Part shown: positions 27,504 to 32,773 of the stretch, piece after piece | Position numbering within the stretch: the first letter of the stretch is position 1 | Layout of the letters: every line of letters begins with the position of its first letter | The notes under the pieces: model-generated | Seen by the model: only the letters and a program-made list of their open reading frames with translations | Told to the model about the DNA's origin: nothing | The model's database searches: none | Made by a program: the position numbers and the translations under genes | Source: Limisphaerales bacterium | GTDB lineage: Bacteria > Verrucomicrobiota > Verrucomicrobiia > Limisphaerales > SIBE01 | Assembly: GCA_044225505.1 (NCBI GenBank) | Contig: JBGAIN010000089.1 | Span: 1 to 32,773, forward strand | Length of the DNA: 32,773 nt | Direction: 5' to 3'

Positions 27504-28136
27504 ATGGTATTTGATGAGCCGAATCTTACCCGGCGCCCCGTTCAATGGCGAAGCCATAATTCTAAGACTAGGAGAGGCGCTCAATTTCTTACCTCGATCC
27601 TAGGGGCCGCCCTGCTCTACCTATTCGCCGTGCAGCTGACTTCCGCTGATACCCCGAGAGAATACGATATCAAAGCGGTGTTCCTTTACAACTTTACCCA
27701 ATTCGTTGAGTGGCCGTCGGATGCTTTCCCTGCCTCCAACACGCCTGTGACCATTGGCATCCTCGGGACGGACCCATTCGGCGAAGCGATCGACGAGGCG
27801 ATTCGAAACGAAACGGTCCGTGGTCGACGAGTCATTGTTGAGCGATACCGGAAACTAGAGGAGATTAAAGTGTGCCACGTCCTTTTTATTGCCAACTCGG
27901 AATACCGGCGCGTCAGTCGGATCTTAACGGCGCTGCAGGGACGCCCGACCCTAACGGTCGCCGAGTCGGAGAACTTCGCCCGGCAAGGGGGTATGATACG
28001 ACTCTACACTGAAAACTCCAAAGTCCATGTGAACGTGAATAACGAGGCGGCGCGCGCTGCCCACCTTGTGATCAGCAGCAAACTCTTGAGGATCGTCAAC
28101 GTCGTAACCCCGGCAAGCCCACCGCCGGCGAAGTAA
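27504..28136 (+). CDS. YfiR family (DUF4154) periplasmic protein
   Basis: EYDIKAVFLYNFTQFVEWP, IGILGTDPFG, CHVLFI, PTLTV.E..F..QGGMI, ISSKLLRI. Confidence 0.9.
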   Translation: MVFDEPNLTRRPVQWRSHNSKTRRGAQFLTSILGAALLYLFAVQLTSADTPREYDIKAVFLYNFTQFVEWPSDAFPASNTPVTIGILGTDPFGEAIDEAIRNETVRGRRVIVERYRKLEEIKVCHVLFIANSEYRRVSRILTALQGRPTLTVAESENFARQGGMIRLYTENSKVHVNVNNEAARAAHLVISSKLLRIVNVVTPASPPPAK

Positions 28137-28142
28137 ACGAGC

Positions 28143-30743
28143 GTGCAACCTAGACCGATCAAACGCCGGTTGATGCTGGTGATTCTTCTCACGAGCACGG
28201 CCGTTCTTGCGCTCACGTCGACGACTTTCGTCGTCTACGAGATCATCGCGAGCAGCCAGGAGCTGAAACGGAACGTTGAGATCGCGGGACAAATCATCGC
28301 CGCGCAGGCTTCGGCGCCGTTGGTTTACCAGGGCGAAGAAGGAGCGCAGGAAATCCTGTCGGCATTAAAAGTCGCTGAAAACATTGAAATCGGCGCTGTC
28401 TACGATGCGAACGCCATCCTTTTCGCTTATTATCCGACGAATGCTCCGCCCACTTCGTTTCCAGCACACCCGCCCAAGCTGGGAGTATCGTTTACCTGGC
28501 AGAATTTGGAATCATGCCTCCCCATTCACCAAAATGAAAAGCGCGTTGGATGGCTATATCTGAAATCCAACCTGGCTCCCATTTATGATCGCCTCCGTCT
28601 CTACAGCATCACCGGAACGGTCGTCTTGATCGGATCGTTTCTGATGGCTCTTTTGCTTTCCAACCATTTACAACGCGGAATCTCCGATCCGATCCTCCAA
28701 CTTGCAAACCTCGCGCAGTTGGTTTCCCGCGACCGGGACTACTCGGTGCGAGCTCCCAAAACAAGCGCTGATGAAGTGGGAGTGCTCACGGAGGCGTTTA
28801 ATCATATGCTCGGGCAAATCCAAGACCGAGAAAACGCCTTAAGGGAAAGCGCGGATCGATTGCGGCTCGCTCTTCAAGCTGCACGGATCGGAACATGGGA
28901 TTGGCACCTCGCGTCGAACCAGGTGTATTGGGACGATTCGATCTATCGCCAGTTCGGTTTGGAAGACGGAACCTCTGCGACCTCTTTTGAAGAGTTCATG
29001 AATCGCGTGCTCCCAGACGATCGCGAATTGGTCCGACGCGGAGTGCAGGATGCGCTCCGAGATCGCCGCGAGTTTGAAGTGGAGTTCCGTGTCCGCTGGC
29101 CTGACGGCAGCATTCATTTTGTCGCAAGTCGTGGCAAAGCGGTTCTGGATACATTTGGGAACCCAGTGCGCATGACAGGTGTCAGTCTCGAGATTACCGA
29201 ACTGAAAAAGGCCGAACAGGCACACGCGTTTCTGGCAGCAATTGTCGAATCTTCACAGGACGCGATCGTCGGTAAAGATCTGAGCGGAACCATTATCAGC
29301 TGGAATCGTGGCGCCCAACGAATGTTTGGATATTCAGCCGCTGAAATTGTCGGCGAATCCATCGCACGACTGACGTTGCCAGAGCACCCCAATGAAGAAG
29401 AGAATATCCTCCAGCGCATTCGTGAAGGGAGCCGCGTCGAGCACTATGAAACAGGCCGGCGCCATAAGAACGGCAAGATCGTCCAGGTTTCGCTGAGTGC
29501 CTCCCCGATTCAATCGAGCACCGGCGCCATCGTTGGTGTCTCCTCGATCGCCCGCGACATTACCGAGAGGAAGCGAGCAGAAGAAGTTCTGGCGCATCAA
29601 GCCGCCGTTCTCCGTGAGCAGGCACAATTGCTCGATTTGGCCAACGTGCTGGCCCGTGATCTGGACGACAAAATCATCCTTTGGAGTGCGGGCATGGAGC
29701 AACTTTACGGCTGGTCAAAAACCGAGGCGTTCAACCGAGAGTGCCACACCCTTTTGTCCACTGAATTCTTCGAGCCGGAAGCGGAGATTAACCAGAAGCT
29801 CTTGACCACGGGCGAGTGGATTGGCGAACTCCTGCATCAGCGCAAAGACGGTGTTCGGTTGCTGGTTGCCAGCCGCTGGGTCTTACATCGAGACGAGACG
29901 GGTAAACCGACCGCGATTCTGGAAGTCAATAACGACGTCACGAAACGGAAGCAAGCAGAGGAAGAAATCCGCCGGTTGAACAGCGACCTGGAACAGAGGG
30001 TTCAAGATCGCACCATGGAACTTACCAGTGCCAACCAAGAATTGGAGGCATTTACTTACTCGGTGTCGCATGACCTGAGAGCCCCTCTGCGCCACATTGA
30101 TGCGTTTGCGCGCATTCTTCAAGAAGAGCTGGGAGCCAATTGCAGTTCAGAACTCCGTGGGTATATCGATCGCATTCGCAAAGGCACGCAAACGATGGGA
30201 CAACTGGTCGACGACCTGCTTAATTTATCAGGGTCGGTCGTGCGCAACTCGGGCAGCAAGTCCATTTGAACGGTGGCTCCGTGGAAGAAGTGGTGTCTGA
30301 ATTGAAAGCCGAGATGGGCGAACGGACCGTCGAATGGCACCTTGGTGACTTGCCGCTCGCTGAATGCGACTCCGGCTTGATTCGTCAGGTTTTCGCAAAT
30401 CTCCTTTCAACGCTGTCAAATACACGCGCCCTCGCGCCGAGCGGTCATCCGCATCGGTTCCGTGGTCATTGGCGGCGAGAGCGCGATCTTCGTCCGCGAC
30501 AACGGAGTTGGTTTCGACATGAAATACGCACACAAGCTATTTGGAGTGTTCGAGCGTTTGCATCGGGCGGAAGATTTCGAGGGAACCGGGATTGGCCTCG
30601 CCACGGTCCGTCGGATCGTGCAACGGCACGGTGGCCGCGTGTGGGCCGAGTCCGAAGTCGACCAGGGCTCATGCTTCTATTTCACCCTCCCTGATTCAAA
30701 ATTATCACATCGATCATTGCCATTACAGGCGCAACTTCCTTAG
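28143..30743 (+). CDS. Membrane sensor histidine kinase (2 TM, HAMP, 3 PAS, HisKA, HATPase); three apparent frameshifts in the 3' part
   Basis: HAMP ([14 protein letters not shown]), [20 protein letters not shown]. The HATPase is recovered across frames: LLNLS/RVGR (~30229), NLLS/NAVKYT (~30408), then [22 protein letters not shown] (30462-30743). Confidence 0.88.
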
Positions 30744-30761
30744 GATCTAACTATCACCAGT

Positions 30762-31200
30762 ATGAGCAGCGTCAGCCTATCGACATTCTGTTGGTCGAGG
30801 ATAATCCCGACGATATCGAGCTTACCCTTTACGCGTTAAAACGGAACAATTTAGCCAATGCCGTCCACATCGTTCGAGACGGCGAGGAAGCGCTCGACTT
30901 TGTCTTCTGCCGGGGCCGCTACGAAGAACGCAAGATCGACGACCCTCCTAAAGTGGTGCTGCTTGATCTCAAGCTTCCCAAGGTTGACGGGTTGGAGGTC
31001 CTCCGCGTTATGAAAGGAGATCGTCGAACCAAGGCGGTCCCTGTGGTCGTGATGACCTCATCAAAGGAGCGCGATATGGTCGAAGGCTACCGCGCGGGAG
31101 TAAACAGTTACATCCAAAAGCCGGTCGACTTTGACAGTTCAGGAACCTGATCAAACAGCTGGGCTTCTATTGGCTCGTTGTCAATCGCGCCACCTCAGCA
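30762..31200 (+). CDS. Rcp1-like single-domain response regulator, frameshifted at both ends (end approximate)
   Basis: [40 protein letters not shown]. The natural tail [16 protein letters not shown] continues in another frame after ~31135, and ATG 30762 is out of frame with the core. Confidence 0.8.
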
Positions 31201-31648
31201 GCATTTTCTTCCGAGTGTGGTGACCGCTCGAGTCCTTGCACACTTTCGCGGCGAGGGTTTTTGCGCGCCCGCAAGGCGCGAGCGGACAACAGACCCGTTG
31301 CAGCACCGGCAGGCACAGAAAAAACCGCCGCCCAAGGGTGTGCGCTGAAAAGGAACGCGGCTATCCTCCCTCGTCGCGCCTCGCCAGGACCCATTTTAGG
31401 CGCAACGAAAGTATGGAACTTAGCGGTCACCACACTGGCTGGTCAAGACAAGACACCTTCGAACGTGATACTCACGCCTCGATTTTTAACGTTACTAATT
31501 CCTTGAAACCTTAAGATGTTGCTTTCCTACGTACCTTCCGCACTCTAGATCGAAAATCCTTCGAAAAACGAGGTCACTCTCGTTCATTCGGGGATCAGAC
31601 TAATGCAGAACTGGCCCGGCCATTGAGGACCCGTGCCGGTCAAAGGAT

Positions 31649-32773
31649 ATGTTGACACGAATCACTTTCTTCATCTTTAACTTGGTTGCCGCTGCCACCC
31701 TTGCGTCCGCCTCCGAAATCTTTCCGTTCGGCTCGAGTTGGAAATTCTTTGTGGGCACCCGTGAACCCTCCAATCCGACGGATGCTTGGCGAGCGATCAA
31801 CTTCAATGATGCTCGGTGGACGAACGGCGTCACGCCCATCGGCATGGGTAAAACCGATATCGTCACGCGCCTTCCCGCCAGCACCATGAATCGCTTCTGG
31901 GTCGCAGCCTTCTTCCGCAAAACGTTTGTGCTCACTAACCCGGCTAGCGTTTCTGAGCTTAGATTGACGGTTCGCATCGACGATGGTTGCGCTGTGTGGA
32001 TTAATGGACGGTCCCTCGGACGCTACAACGTCCCCGACGGCGATTTGAGCATATACACTCCCTTTGAGTCGCCGTTGCCTCTCGGCGATATCAATTTGCT
32101 AAGTTGCCTGCTGCCTAAGAGGCATCGGAACAGCACCATCGCTGGCACCAACGTGATGCAGATCCCGAGGCGTTCAACGCCAGCTTTTTTAGCGCCGATT
32201 TTCTGTTCGACGCCTCGTTGGAATATACCGTTGATACCACACCGCCCAAAATCGCAGATTTAGTCCCCGGCACTGGGGTGGCGCTGCCAGCGAACTTGCT
32301 GAAGTCGAGGTGCTTAATGACAACGTCGCCGGTGTCGAAGCCACGGACTTGCTTATCAACGGCGTGGCGGCCACCAACTTAACCGTCGTTACGGACGCGC
32401 AATACATCTTCGGCTTTGCTTCCCCTCCTCCTGGACCCGTCCGGATCGAGTGGATCCCGAATCACGGCATTCACGATCTGGCCGAACCCGCCAATCCGTT
32501 TGCTGGGAACTCATGGGGTTACACGATCGATCCCACCGTCGTCCCACCCGGAGTCGTGATTTCGGAGTTCATGGCTGACAACGACAAGACCCTGAACGAC
32601 GACGACGGCGACGATTCAGACTGGATCGAGCTTTACAACTCAGGCTTCGTCACCGCCGACCTGCACGACTGGGCGCTCACGGACGGCCGCAGTGAATGGC
32701 ATTTCCCCGCGGTATCTCTCCTGCCCCAGCGTTACTTGGTCGTTTTCGCCTCTGGAAAAAACCGAAGCCTCGC
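31649..32773 (+). CDS. Secreted multidomain protein with lamin-tail (LTD) domain; frameshifted and 3'-truncated by the window edge
   Basis: Signal peptide, then FPFGSSWKF...DDGCAVWING beta-sandwich. It continues in other frames as DFLFDASLEYTVDTTPP, VEATDLLING, and GVVISEFMADND...DSDWIELYN...YLVVFASGKNR (LTD, ~32550-end). Confidence 0.8.

Noticed and set aside
31254..31345. Short GC hairpins after the receiver gene considered as terminators
   Set aside because: No U-tract follows on the coding strand, and the region is error-prone.

Overview
A GC-rich bacterial genomic window. Its gene families (prepilin/H-X9-DG proteins, ECF sigma plus Ser/Thr kinase, ebo genes, lamin-tail secreted protein) point to the PVC superphylum, most likely Verrucomicrobiota; this is inference. 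From left to right it holds a partial membrane protein and a tandem HtrA-like protease / PDZ-interrupted pseudo-protease pair. Next is a tightly packed ~11-12 kb minus-strand operon: Ser/Thr kinase-AAA_35(STAND-like) > AAA_35-TM-WD40-TPR > small unknown protein A > GT9 heptosyltransferase-like enzyme with a Cys-rich tail > small unknown protein B (apparent remote paralog of A, ending in HSSSSH) > GT2/GT-A glycosyltransferase > secreted pilin-like fusion > ECF sigma factor (> prepilin-type protein). After it come a secreted CotH-like kinase, an orphan priming sugar transferase, a CheB-CheR-PAS histidine kinase with three receiver proteins, a partial ebo cluster, a YfiR-histidine kinase-receiver module and the start of a lamin-tail secreted protein. 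From ~30.2 kb onward several genes carry small indels, probably read/assembly errors. I saw no rRNA, tRNA, CRISPR array or transposase. The best candidate for an undescribed system is the kinase/paired-STAND/WD40 plus glycosyltransferase operon (4286-15012).
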